Below are positions 21,669 to 30,712 of a DNA stretch of 64,000 bases, in pieces. Source of the stretch: an uncultured Acidobacteriota bacterium (GTDB lineage: Bacteria > Acidobacteriota > Vicinamibacteria > Vicinamibacterales > CAVVIG01). The stretch is taken from assembly GCA_963794705.1 (NCBI GenBank), contig CAWCFI010000003.1, positions 519,531 to 583,530 of the forward strand. The letters are read 5' to 3'. The translations under genes and the position numbers were made by a program. Within the stretch, counting starts at the first letter, position 1; each line of letters begins with the position of its first letter. The notes under the pieces were generated by a model. The model did no database searches and was not told the DNA's origin. It saw only the letters and a program-made list of their open reading frames with translations.

Positions 21669-22416
21669 CAGCGTTCGTGGACGGGCATGCGCTCGTGCAG
21701 CGCATACTGATAGCCGATGCCGCGGACGCCCTTGATGCGCTCGGTCGCCGTCGGGCGCCGGCCCGAGCTTGCGCCGCAGGTTGCTGACGTGGGTGTCGAT
21801 GCTGCGGTCGAACGGCGAGAACTCCCGGCGCAGGACGCTCTGCACCAGCTCGTCGCGCGGGATCACCCGCCCGGCGCCGCGCAGCAGCAGGTCGAGCAGA
21901 TCGAACTCGACCGTCGTCAGGTCGAGCGCCTGATCGCCGCGCCGCGCGACCCGCGCGCCCTTGTCGACCGAGACGTCGCCGACCACGAGCGCGATCGCCG
22001 GCGCGCCGCTCGATCGACGCCTGTCGGCCGCGACCGGCGCAGGACCGCGTCGATGCGCGCGCTGAGCTCGCGCGGATTGAACGGCTTGGGCAGGTAGTCG
22101 TCGGCGCCCATCTCGAGGCCGAGGATCCGGTCCTGCTCGTCGCCGCGCGCCGTGAGCATCAGGATCGGCCGCCGCGACTGCGCCCGCACGCGGCCGCAGC
22201 ACCTCGAAGCCCTTGAGATCCGGCAGCATCACGTCGAGCACGACGATGCGCGTGATCGCCGGCGAGCGCGCGCTCGATCCCGAGACGTCCGGTATGGACG
22301 CACTCGACCGCATAGCCTTCGGTGGCGAGATATTCGGACAACAGCTCGCACAGCTCGGTGTCGTCGTCGACGACGAGCACGCGCAGCTCCGGAGAGCCAG
22401 CAGGCAGTGTGGACAT
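21668..22416 (-). pseudogene. OmpR/CpxR-family response regulator, at least 4 frameshifts
   Basis: MSTLPAGSPELRVLVVDDDTELCELL / [18 protein letters not shown] / [46 protein letters not shown] / [25 protein letters not shown]...HVSNLRRKL / GVRGIGYQY, in alternating frames. Confidence 0.8.
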
Positions 22417-22549
22417 GGGGTGCAGATCGTCATTGTACAGAGCCGTTCAGCCGCGCCAAAGGTGAAGATTTGTCAAGGACGTCTTCACAAAGCTGAGCAG
22501 CGCGCGCCGATTGGCCCCTGTAGCCTGTAAAGGCCGAGGTCGATAGACC

Positions 22550-22891
22550 ATGTTGATTGCCATGACCCTTGTGTCTGCATTGATCGCCGTCGCCGCCGCC
22601 GATGTCGTCTGGCGAAGCCGCCACGAGGCGGATCTGCGTCGTCGATGGCGCAGCCGCGCCGCGTCAACCGTGGCACCTGTCGTGACCGGACAGCTGATCG
22701 CGCTCGCCCAGCAGCCGGAGGATCCGGAGAACCTGATTCCGCGCAGCCCGCTCAGCGACGGCGACGTGATCGTGTTCGTCTCGTTCATCGTGATCGTCGC
22801 TCTGGTCTTCGGTTTCGACATGGCCCGCACCTGGTGGGAAACCACGCGATGGCGCCGCGAGGCGCGCCGCCGACGACGAGAGATTCGCTAA
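22550..22891 (+). CDS. Hypothetical small membrane protein
   Basis: 113 aa, two hydrophobic segments, Arg-rich tail. No recognisable motif. Confidence 0.4.
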   Translation: MLIAMTLVSALIAVAAADVVWRSRHEADLRRRWRSRAASTVAPVVTGQLIALAQQPEDPENLIPRSPLSDGDVIVFVSFIVIVALVFGFDMARTWWETTRWRREARRRRREIR

Positions 22892-22921
22892 AGAGCTATC
22901 CTAGAACCGTCCCACGGTTCT

Positions 22922-24871
22922 ATGGCGCTGTCCTCGTTCCATCCCATCGTTTCGCAGTGGTTCTCTGAAACACTCGGCGAGCCGACCCGTGCCCAGGCGC
23001 TCGGATGGGCGGCGATCCGCGAGCGCCGTCACACGCTGATCGCGGCCCCGACCGGTTCGGGCAAGACGCTCGCCGCCTTCCTCACCTCGATCGACGATCT
23101 CGCGCAGGAGGCGATGGCCGGGCCGCTGCCGGACGAAGTGCGGGTCGTCTACGTCTCGCCGCTCAAGGCGCTGAGCGCCGACATCCACAAGAACCTCGCC
23201 GAGCCGCGTGCCGGCATCGAGCGGATCGCCGCGGCCGCCGGCGTGGCCGTGCCGCGAATCACTTCGGCGGTGCGCACCGGCGACACCCCGGCCTCGGAAC
23301 GCGCGGCGATGCTGAAGCGCCCGCCGCACATCCTGGTCACCACGCCGGAGTCGCTCTATCTGCTGCTCACGGCGGCGCGCAGCCGCGAGATGCTGCGGAC
23401 GGCGCGCACCGTCATCGTCGACGAGATCCACGCGGTGATCGGGACGCGGCGCGGCGCCCATCTGGCGCTGACGCTGGAGCGCCTGCAGGAGGCCGCCGAG
23501 CGTCCGCTGCTGCGCATCGGCCTGTCGGCGACGCAGAAGCCGATCGAAGAGGTCGCACGTTACCTGATCGGGTCGCGTTCCCAATCTGACATCTGCAATC
23601 TGCCATCTGCGATTGCGATCATCGACGAGGGCCACCGCCGCGCCATGGATCTCGGCATGGAGGTGCCGCGCTCGCCGCTCGACGCGGTGATGTCCCACGA
23701 GATCTGGGAGGAATATTTCGCGCGGCTGACCGCGCTCATCGAGCAGCACCGCACGACCCTGATCTTCGTCAACACGCGGCGCATGGCGGAGCGCGTGGCG
23801 CGTCACCTGAGCGAGCGCCTCGGCGAGGAGGCGGTCACCGCCCATCACGGCAGCCTGTCGAAGGAGAAGCGGCTCGACGCCGAAATGCGGCTGAAGGCCG
23901 GCCGCCTTCGGGCGCTGGTCGCAACCGCGTCGCTGGAGCTGGGCATCGACATCGGATCGATCGACCTGGTGTGCCAGATCGGATCGCCGCACCGGATCGC
24001 GACGCTGCTGCAGCGCGTCGGGCGATCGGGCCACACCATCTCGGGCACGCCCAAGGGACGGCTGTTCCCGGTGTCGCGCGACGATTTGATCGAGTGCGCG
24101 GCGCTGATGCGGTGCGCCCGCCGCGGCGAACTCGATCGCATCGTCAGCCACGACGCGCCGCTGGACGTGCTGGCGCAGCAGATCGTCGCCGAGACCGCGT
24201 GCCGCGACTACGGCGAGGACGAGCTGTTCGCACTGGTCAGACGCGCCTGGCCGTATCGCGCGCTGACGCGATCGAGCTTCGACGCCGTGGTCGCGATGAC
24301 CGCCGAGGGGTTCGCGACCAGGCGCGGACGCCGCAGTGCGCTCGTTCACCGCGACGAAGTGAACGCGCGGCTGCGCGGGCGGCGCGGCGCGCGCATGCTG
24401 GCGATCGCGTCGGGCGGCGCCATCCCGGAAGTCGCGGACTATCGGGTCGTGCTCGATCCCGGCGACACCTTCATCGGCACCCTCAACGAAGACTTCGCGA
24501 TCGAGAGCAACGCCGGCGACGTGTTTCAGCTGGGCAACGCGTCGTGGCAGGTGCTGCAGGTGCTGACCGGCGTCGTGCGCGTGGCCGACGCAAAAGGGGC
24601 GCCGCCGACGATTCCGTTCTGGCTCGGCGAGGCGCCGGCGCGCAGCGACGAGCTGTCGCGCGCCGTCAGCGATCTGCGCGCGGATATTGAGGCAAGACTC
24701 ACGGCAGGCCTGAAGGCCTGCACTACACGAGACGACGGCGGACATCCCGCGGTCGTAGTGCAGGCCTTCAGGCCTGCCATGGCCGCGGTCGAAGCCTTTA
24801 GGCCTGCCATCGCCGCAGTCGTATGCAGGCCTGAGGCCTGCCATGGCCGCAGTCGTAGTGCAGGCCTTTAG
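22922..24871 (+). CDS. lhr: ATP-dependent helicase Lhr, N-terminal fragment (helicase core)
   Basis: Walker [48 protein letters not shown]. The ORF ends at a TAG inside a REP loop (24869..24871). Confidence 0.9.
   Translation: MALSSFHPIVSQWFSETLGEPTRAQALGWAAIRERRHTLIAAPTGSGKTLAAFLTSIDDLAQEAMAGPLPDEVRVVYVSPLKALSADIHKNLAEPRAGIERIAAAAGVAVPRITSAVRTGDTPASERAAMLKRPPHILVTTPESLYLLLTAARSREMLRTARTVIVDEIHAVIGTRRGAHLALTLERLQEAAERPLLRIGLSATQKPIEEVARYLIGSRSQSDICNLPSAIAIIDEGHRRAMDLGMEVPRSPLDAVMSHEIWEEYFARLTALIEQHRTTLIFVNTRRMAERVARHLSERLGEEAVTAHHGSLSKEKRLDAEMRLKAGRLRALVATASLELGIDIGSIDLVCQIGSPHRIATLLQRVGRSGHTISGTPKGRLFPVSRDDLIECAALMRCARRGELDRIVSHDAPLDVLAQQIVAETACRDYGEDELFALVRRAWPYRALTRSSFDAVVAMTAEGFATRRGRRSALVHRDEVNARLRGRRGARMLAIASGGAIPEVADYRVVLDPGDTFIGTLNEDFAIESNAGDVFQLGNASWQVLQVLTGVVRVADAKGAPPTIPFWLGEAPARSDELSRAVSDLRADIEARLTAGLKACTTRDDGGHPAVVVQAFRPAMAAVEAFRPAIAAVVCRPEACHGRSRSAGL
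23582..23609. repeat. Heptanucleotide array NNATCTG x4 inside lhr
   Basis: caatctg acatctg caatctg ccatctg. Translated as [11 protein letters not shown]. Confidence 0.6.
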
Positions 24872-24887
24872 GCCTGCCGTCGCGTGG
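24703..24887. repeat. REP array inside lhr: one inverted REP plus four tandem 36-nt REP-derived units
   Basis: GGCAGGCCTGAAGGCCTGCACTAC (24703..24726). Units start at 24752 (36 nt), 24788 (30 nt), 24818 (34 nt) and 24852 (36 nt), each GTC-GTAGTGCAGGCCTT(C/T)AGGCCTGCC-ATGGCCGCA-like. Confidence 0.85.
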
Positions 24888-27416
24888 CTCGTCGAGGAGA
24901 CAGGCATTCCCGAGGCCGCCGCGGAACAGGCCATTGCCTATCTCGCCGATGGCCGCGCCGCGCTGGGCGTGCTGCCGACGCAGGACACCATCGTGCTCGA
25001 GCGGTTCTTCGACGAATCGGGCGGGATGCAGCTCGTGCTGCACGCGCCGTTCGGCAGCCGCGTCAACAAGGCGTGGAGCCTGGCGCTGCGCAAGCGATTC
25101 TGCCGGCAGTTCAACTTCGAGCTTCAGGCCGCCGCCACCGAGGACGCGCTGCTGCTGTCGCTCGGCCCGCAGCACTCGTTCCCGCTGGCCGACGTATTCC
25201 GCTATCTGCACCCGGCGACGACGCGCGACGTGCTGGTGCAGGCGTTTCTCGACGCGCCGGTGTTCCAGACGCGCTGGCGGTGGAACACCACCATCTCGCT
25301 GGCCGTGCCGCGCAATCGCGGCGGCAAGAAAGTGCCGCCGCAGCTGCAGCGGATGCTGGCCGACGACCTGATGGCCGCGGTCTTTCCCGACGCCGCCGCC
25401 TGTCTGGAAAACATTCCCGGCGATCGCGAAATCCCGGACCATCCGCTCGTCAGCCAGGCGGTGCGCGACTGCCTCGAGGAAGCGATGGACTTCGAGGCGC
25501 TGTCGGCCGTGCTCGCCCGGATCCACGGCGGCGGGATCCGCTGCGTCGCGCGCGACACGCCGGAACCCTCCGCGCTGGCGCACGACATTCTCAACGCCCG
25601 GCCGTACGCGTTCATGGACGATGCCCCGCTCGAAGAGCGGCGGACGCAGGCGGTCTACACCCGCCGCGCCGGCGAGCCCTCGGGCGCCGATGACCTCGGC
25701 GCGCTGGATGCCGCCGCGATCGAACGAGTCCGCGACGAAGCGCGTCCCGATCCGCGCGACGCGGATGAGTTGCACGACGCACTCCTCAGCGCGGGCTTCC
25801 TGACGCAGCGCGACATCACCTCGGTCGCGCCGGACCTTTTTCGCGCGCTCGCCGACGCGCGTCGTGCGTGCGAATTCAGCATTCCACATTCGGCATTCAG
25901 AATTCTTGCGGCGGCCGAGCGCCTGCCGGAATTGCGCGCCGTTCACGCCGACGCGGTGTGCGCACCGCTCGTCGATCCGCCGCCGTCGCGCGCCGCGCGG
26001 GTCTGGAGCCGGGACGAAGCGATCGTCGGACTCCTGCGCGGCCGCCTCGCGATCGCCGGACCGACCACGGCGCAGGCGCTCGCCGACGCGATGGGCATCG
26101 ACGTCGCGGACGCGGATCGCGCGCTGCTCGCGCTCGAGGGTGAGGGCCTGGTGCTGCGCGGCCACTTCTCCAAACGGGCACCCCTTTTGGAATGGTGTGA
26201 CCGCCGCCTGCTCGCCCGGATTCATCGCTACACGCTCAACCGCCTGCGCGCCGAAATCGAGCCGGTCAGCCCGTCCGACTTCATGCGGTTCCTGTTCGCG
26301 TGGCAGCACGTCGCGCCCTCGAGCCGCCTGACCGGGCTCGACGGACTGCGCGCCGTCCTCGACGCACTCGACGGCTTCGAGCTGGCTGCCGACGCCTGGG
26401 AGCGCGCGATCCTGCCGGACCGCATCGACGGCTATCAACCGTCGATGCTCGACACGCTGTGCCTGACCGGCGAGATCGGCTGGGCCCGGCTCTCCCCCAC
26501 CGGCCGTGACGCGACGCAGATGGTCGGCGCGACGCCGATCGCCCTGTTCCTGCGCGAGCACGCTAATGCCTGGGCAGCCCTGAAAGACTGGGGCCCGAGT
26601 CACGACGACGACCCCGAGCAGCGCCTCGAGTCGCCGAAGCGCGATGAGCGCGACGGCGGCCGCCTCGTGCTCGAGGCGCTTCGCACCCGCGGCGCCTCGT
26701 TCATCACCGACCTGACGTCAGCCTGCGGCCTGGACGAAGCGGCGGTGCGGACCGCGCTCGGCGATCTCGTCGCCGCCGGTCTCGCCGCCTCCGACGGCTT
26801 CGGCGGCCTGCGGACCATCATCCGCTCGTCCAGCGGACGCTCGACGCCGCCGGGCCGCAGCAGCGTCACGGGCCGCTGGTCCCTCTTGAACGGCGCCGGC
26901 CTTCAGGCCTGCGATCGCGAAACCGCCGTCGAACTCCAGGCGCGCACACTGCTGAAGCGCTACGGCATCGTGTTCCGCCGCCTGCTGGCCCGCGAAGCGA
27001 ACGTCGCGCCCTGGCGCGAGCTGATTCGGGTGTACCGGCGTCTGGAGGCGCGTGGCGAAATCCGCGGCGGGCGATTCGTGTCCGGCATGTCCGGCGAGCA
27101 GTTCGCGCTCGACGGCGCGATCGCGGGCCTTCGGGAAATGCGTCGGACGCCGGCCGACGGCGCGTGCCTGGTCATCAGCGCCGCCGATCCGCTGAACCTC
27201 GCCGGCATCGTAACCGCGGGCGAGAAGGTACGGGCCGTCGCGCCGACGCGGATTGCGTATCGGGACGGCGTCGCTGTTGCAGCACTCGAAGGCGACTATG
27301 TGCGACCATTGATCGCGCTCGCCGACGTCGCTCCCGCGATTGCCGCCGAGGTGGCGACAACGCTTGCGGGGCGCCCGGTCGGGGCGGTGCTCAGTGGTTT
27401 TGTCGGGAGGTCATGA
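24843..27416 (+). CDS. lhr: ATP-dependent helicase Lhr, continuation (Lhr-core domain 4 plus C-terminal domain)
   Basis: 857 aa. [36 protein letters not shown]. 649 + 857 aa together match the roughly 1500 aa size of Lhr. Confidence 0.85.
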   Translation: MAAVVVQAFRPAVAWLVEETGIPEAAAEQAIAYLADGRAALGVLPTQDTIVLERFFDESGGMQLVLHAPFGSRVNKAWSLALRKRFCRQFNFELQAAATEDALLLSLGPQHSFPLADVFRYLHPATTRDVLVQAFLDAPVFQTRWRWNTTISLAVPRNRGGKKVPPQLQRMLADDLMAAVFPDAAACLENIPGDREIPDHPLVSQAVRDCLEEAMDFEALSAVLARIHGGGIRCVARDTPEPSALAHDILNARPYAFMDDAPLEERRTQAVYTRRAGEPSGADDLGALDAAAIERVRDEARPDPRDADELHDALLSAGFLTQRDITSVAPDLFRALADARRACEFSIPHSAFRILAAAERLPELRAVHADAVCAPLVDPPPSRAARVWSRDEAIVGLLRGRLAIAGPTTAQALADAMGIDVADADRALLALEGEGLVLRGHFSKRAPLLEWCDRRLLARIHRYTLNRLRAEIEPVSPSDFMRFLFAWQHVAPSSRLTGLDGLRAVLDALDGFELAADAWERAILPDRIDGYQPSMLDTLCLTGEIGWARLSPTGRDATQMVGATPIALFLREHANAWAALKDWGPSHDDDPEQRLESPKRDERDGGRLVLEALRTRGASFITDLTSACGLDEAAVRTALGDLVAAGLAASDGFGGLRTIIRSSSGRSTPPGRSSVTGRWSLLNGAGLQACDRETAVELQARTLLKRYGIVFRRLLAREANVAPWRELIRVYRRLEARGEIRGGRFVSGMSGEQFALDGAIAGLREMRRTPADGACLVISAADPLNLAGIVTAGEKVRAVAPTRIAYRDGVAVAALEGDYVRPLIALADVAPAIAAEVATTLAGRPVGAVLSGFVGRS
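25872..25905. repeat. Heptanucleotide array NNATTCN x5 inside lhr
   Basis: gaattca gcattcc acattcg gcattca gaattc. Translated as [12 protein letters not shown]. Same motif family as 13355..13397 and 38673..38700. Confidence 0.6.
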
Positions 27417-27847
27417 TGCGCCAGATTGTCGCCGCCGCCGCCCTCATCCTCGTCTGCGCTCTGCCGCTCGGAGCCCAGGACAAGAAAACCGCCTCCAAGC
27501 CGGCGGACAAGACCATCTCGTTGAGCGGGTGTGTCGTCCGAGGCGAAAAAACTCCCGATGAGTTCACGCTCGAAGACGCCACAGAGGGTAAGTACCGACT
27601 CTCAGGTGTGAAGCTCAAGGACTACATCGGGCAGCGGGTGCAGATCGCCGGCGGCGTCGTCGAGTCGAAACGGCTCGTCATCAAGGGCGGGCTGCTCCCC
27701 AATCCAAATGTCGCGGCTCAGGCAGGCTCGATGGACCCGGCGCGCGCGGCCGTCGCTTCCATGGGAGGCGCGGCGGGACCGGGAACAGTCGACCTTCCTG
27801 AATTCAAGGTGAGAAGTGTCCGGCCGGTCACGGGAGGATGTCCCTGA
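27413..27847 (+). CDS. Small secreted protein, translationally coupled to lhr
   Basis: ATGA overlap with the lhr stop, [30 protein letters not shown] signal peptide. About 144 aa, ends ...VTGGCP. Confidence 0.6.
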   Translation: MMRQIVAAAALILVCALPLGAQDKKTASKPADKTISLSGCVVRGEKTPDEFTLEDATEGKYRLSGVKLKDYIGQRVQIAGGVVESKRLVIKGGLLPNPNVAAQAGSMDPARAAVASMGGAAGPGTVDLPEFKVRSVRPVTGGCP

Positions 27848-27877
27848 TTGACCGGCCCGGCGCGATAGAGGGGCGTA

Positions 27878-28018
27878 TTATTCGGGGGAGACGGACGTCT
27901 TGCCGCAGTCGTCGCAGCGAAGATACAACACCGGCAGCGCTTCGGATCGGCCGATCACGCGAGCGCTCGGCACGCCGCAACGTGGACAGACAATGCCCGA
28001 GGTGGATCGTTTGGCCAT
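27878..28018 (-). CDS. Zinc-ribbon mini-protein (46 aa)
   Basis: AAGGAGA SD then ATG at 28018. MAKRSTSGIVCPRCGVPSARVIGRSEALPVLYLRCDDCGKTSVSPE has CxxC...CxxC. Confidence 0.6.
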   Translation of the reverse strand: MAKRSTSGIVCPRCGVPSARVIGRSEALPVLYLRCDDCGKTSVSPE

Positions 28019-28216
28019 GGAATTCTCCTTACAACTCGTTAGACTCTCAGACGACCAATTAAGATACATCGTTTGAACTGGTCGAGGCTGTACCAGTTGT
28101 GTATTTCCTTGTCTCGCACCACTTTACTGGGCAAATTCATCCATTCCGATTGAACTGCTGCCGAGCTGGCTGCAGTTGGCACCGTTCCTTGCAATAGCAT
28201 CCGTCGGAGGATTGAG

Positions 28217-28369
28217 ATGCTGTATACACTGGCGGTGATTCTGTTGATTGCCTGGCTGCTCGGCGTGGTCGGGACCTATACCATTGGCGCGTTCGTCCAC
28301 GTGCTGCTCGTGATTGCCATCGTGCTGTTCCTGGTCGGCCTGATCAGCGGCCGTCAGACACTGGCCTAG
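28217..28369 (+). CDS. lmo0937-family small membrane protein (50 aa)
   Basis: Not in the ORF track because it is under 60 aa. GGAGG SD. MLYTLAVILLIAWLLGVVGTYTIGAFVHVLLVIAIVLFLVGLISGRQTLA is a typical two-helix lmo0937-like sequence. Confidence 0.65.
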   Translation: MLYTLAVILLIAWLLGVVGTYTIGAFVHVLLVIAIVLFLVGLISGRQTLA

Positions 28370-30585
28370 GGCATCGGGCGCGAGTCCGCCGGCGAGTGCA
28401 TCTGGTACTCGCGCGGCGGCTCCGCCCCGAGCAGGTACCTCACGAAGTAATCCCAGCGTCGACGCACCATGTAGCCTTCGTTGCCGAACCCGTGTCCGCG
28501 GTTGGGCAGCATCAGCAGGTCGAAGTCCTTGTTGGCCTTGATCAGCTCGTTGACCACCAGCAGCGTATTGTTGGGCGGCACGTTGTTGTCCATCGTGCCG
28601 TGCGCCAGCAGCAGCTTGCCCTTCAGGTTTTTCGCCTGCAGCTGGTTCGCCTGATTGTCGTAGTTGGTCGTTCCGTCGGCTTTCTTCTCGAGCAGTCCCT
28701 GCCACTTTTCCGCCCAGTCGTCCTCGTAGACACGATTGTCGTGGTTCCCCGCTTCCGAGATGCCGACCTTGAAGAAATCCGGGTAACGGAACATCGCGTC
28801 CGCTGTCGCATAGCCGCCGCCCGAGTGCCCGTAGATGCCAGCGCGATCGATGTCGATCCACGGATACCGCCCCGCCAGCTCCTTCATGCCCGCGACCTGA
28901 TCGGGCAGCGTGTTGTCGCCCATGTTGCCGTAATAGGCTTCGTGGAACCGTTTCGACCGCCACGGCGTCCCCATCCCGTCGATCTCGACGACGACGAAGC
29001 CGAGCTCGGCGAGCGCCTGGGCATCGCCGCGCGACGCGTTGAAGGTGCGGCCGCCGACGCTGCCGGTCTGGGGACCGGGATAGATGTGGTTCACGATCGG
29101 ATACTTCTTCGCCGGATCGAGCATGGTCGGCTTGTACATCAGACCGTAGAGATCGGTGACGCCATCGCGCGCCTTGACGGTAATCGGCACCGGCGGCTGC
29201 CAGCCGGCGGCCACCAGCCTGGTCACGTCGGCCTTTTCCAGCGCGAGGATCAGCTTGCCGTCCGCATCGCGGAGCTGGGCCACCGGCGGCACATCAGGCT
29301 TCGAATAGACATCGACGAAAAAACGACCGGAGGGCGACATCGTGACGTCGTGATCGGCGTCTTCCGGCGTCAGCAGCTGCGGGTTCCGGCCGTCCAGGCC
29401 GACCCGGTAGAGATGACGGAAGTAAGGGTCTCGCCCCTGCTCGCGGCCGACCGCGACGAAGTAGAGCTGGCGGTTCTTCTCGTCGACGCGCAGGAGCTGG
29501 GTGACGTTGCCGTTGCCGCTGGTGATCGGATTCTTTTCGCGCCCGGTCTTCAGATCGTGCAGGTAGAGATGGCCCCAGTTGTCGCGCTCGGAGAACCAGA
29601 TCACCTCGTTCGACGCCGGCAGGTATCGCCAGTTGATGGCGCCGTTGCCGGATTCGAAGAAGGTCTCGGCTTTCTCCTGCAGCACGTCCCGGATCGCACC
29701 GGTGGCCGCGTCGGCGACGCGCATCTCCTCGCGCCGGTGATCGCGGGCCGTGGAGACGAACGCGATGCTCGCGCTGTCGGGACCCCATTGCACGTCGCCC
29801 CAGTCGCCGCGGCAGGCGAGGTCGTCGCACAGCGTGGAACGATGCTGGTCGGGCGGCAGCTGGAGGCGGACGATCTTCCCCGTTTCCACGTCGATGACCA
29901 CGCGCTGGATCATGGTGACGACGGGGTCGCCCGGCAGCGGGTATTTCCAGGCCTGCAGGGTCGGGTGGCCGACGGTGGTATCCACCAGATACATCTCGCC
30001 GACGCCGCGCTGGTCCTGCTGGAAGGTCGCGATCTTCTTCGAATCGGGCGACCAGCGGAGGATGGGACGTTCGCTGCGCGCCCAGCCGGCGTTGTCGGTC
30101 GCGTATCCGAAGTCTTTCACGCCGTCCCTGGTCAGCTGCGTCTCGCGGCCGCTCGCGACGTCGCGCACCCACAGGTTCCAGTCGCGCACGAACGCGCTGC
30201 GGGTGCGGTCAGGCGACGTCTCGGCGTATCGCCCGCCGCCGGCCGCGCCGGCCCGCGCGGGATCCTCGCGCTCGGCCGCCTTGCACGCGGGGAGTTCGCA
30301 CGCCGACTTCAACGCCTTCCCCGGATCCACCAGCACCGTCTCGACGCCCTTCTCCGTCGTGGTGCGGTACCAGAAGCGGTCCGAGGGATCGCCGGGCAGC
30401 CACGACGCGCGCACGCCGGTCCTCAACACCAGCGGGTTCGTACTGTAGGGCATGAATTTTTCGGCGCGGGCATAGTCCGCCGCGGTGAAAGCAGCCGGCG
30501 CATCAGCCGGGCGCTGGGCCAGCGCGGTGGCGCCGGCCAGAAGAGACAGGGCGCCGCACACGCCCAGGCGGGAGGTGAAGGACAT
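28366..30585 (-). CDS. S9 family peptidase, dipeptidyl-peptidase IV-like
   Basis: Start taken at internal MSFTSRLGVCGALSLLAGATALAQ (signal peptide). DPP-IV N-terminal propeller text. GHSGGGY nucleophile elbow. Confidence 0.9.
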   Translation of the reverse strand: MSFTSRLGVCGALSLLAGATALAQRPADAPAAFTAADYARAEKFMPYSTNPLVLRTGVRASWLPGDPSDRFWYRTTTEKGVETVLVDPGKALKSACELPACKAAEREDPARAGAAGGGRYAETSPDRTRSAFVRDWNLWVRDVASGRETQLTRDGVKDFGYATDNAGWARSERPILRWSPDSKKIATFQQDQRGVGEMYLVDTTVGHPTLQAWKYPLPGDPVVTMIQRVVIDVETGKIVRLQLPPDQHRSTLCDDLACRGDWGDVQWGPDSASIAFVSTARDHRREEMRVADAATGAIRDVLQEKAETFFESGNGAINWRYLPASNEVIWFSERDNWGHLYLHDLKTGREKNPITSGNGNVTQLLRVDEKNRQLYFVAVGREQGRDPYFRHLYRVGLDGRNPQLLTPEDADHDVTMSPSGRFFVDVYSKPDVPPVAQLRDADGKLILALEKADVTRLVAAGWQPPVPITVKARDGVTDLYGLMYKPTMLDPAKKYPIVNHIYPGPQTGSVGGRTFNASRGDAQALAELGFVVVEIDGMGTPWRSKRFHEAYYGNMGDNTLPDQVAGMKELAGRYPWIDIDRAGIYGHSGGGYATADAMFRYPDFFKVGISEAGNHDNRVYEDDWAEKWQGLLEKKADGTTNYDNQANQLQAKNLKGKLLLAHGTMDNNVPPNNTLLVVNELIKANKDFDLLMLPNRGHGFGNEGYMVRRRWDYFVRYLLGAEPPREYQMHSPADSRPMP

Positions 30586-30712
30586 GAGCGGATGATACAA
30601 CCCCGCGGCGTTGTCCTCGAAATGCATCAGCAGTATGGCGATATCAAAGCAATTGCTAAAGATTTCGATGGCAAGCAACTTGCCCCTGATAGGGGCATTG
30701 CCGGAGGGCACA

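Noticed and set aside
26895-26912. GCCGGCCTTCAGGCCTGC inside the lhr C-terminal half (read as GAGLQAC) as another REP insertion.
   Set aside because: It is only a hairpin core, with one arm mismatch and no GTAG/CTAC flank. It may be a decayed REP or a chance match, so it is not counted as a confident copy.
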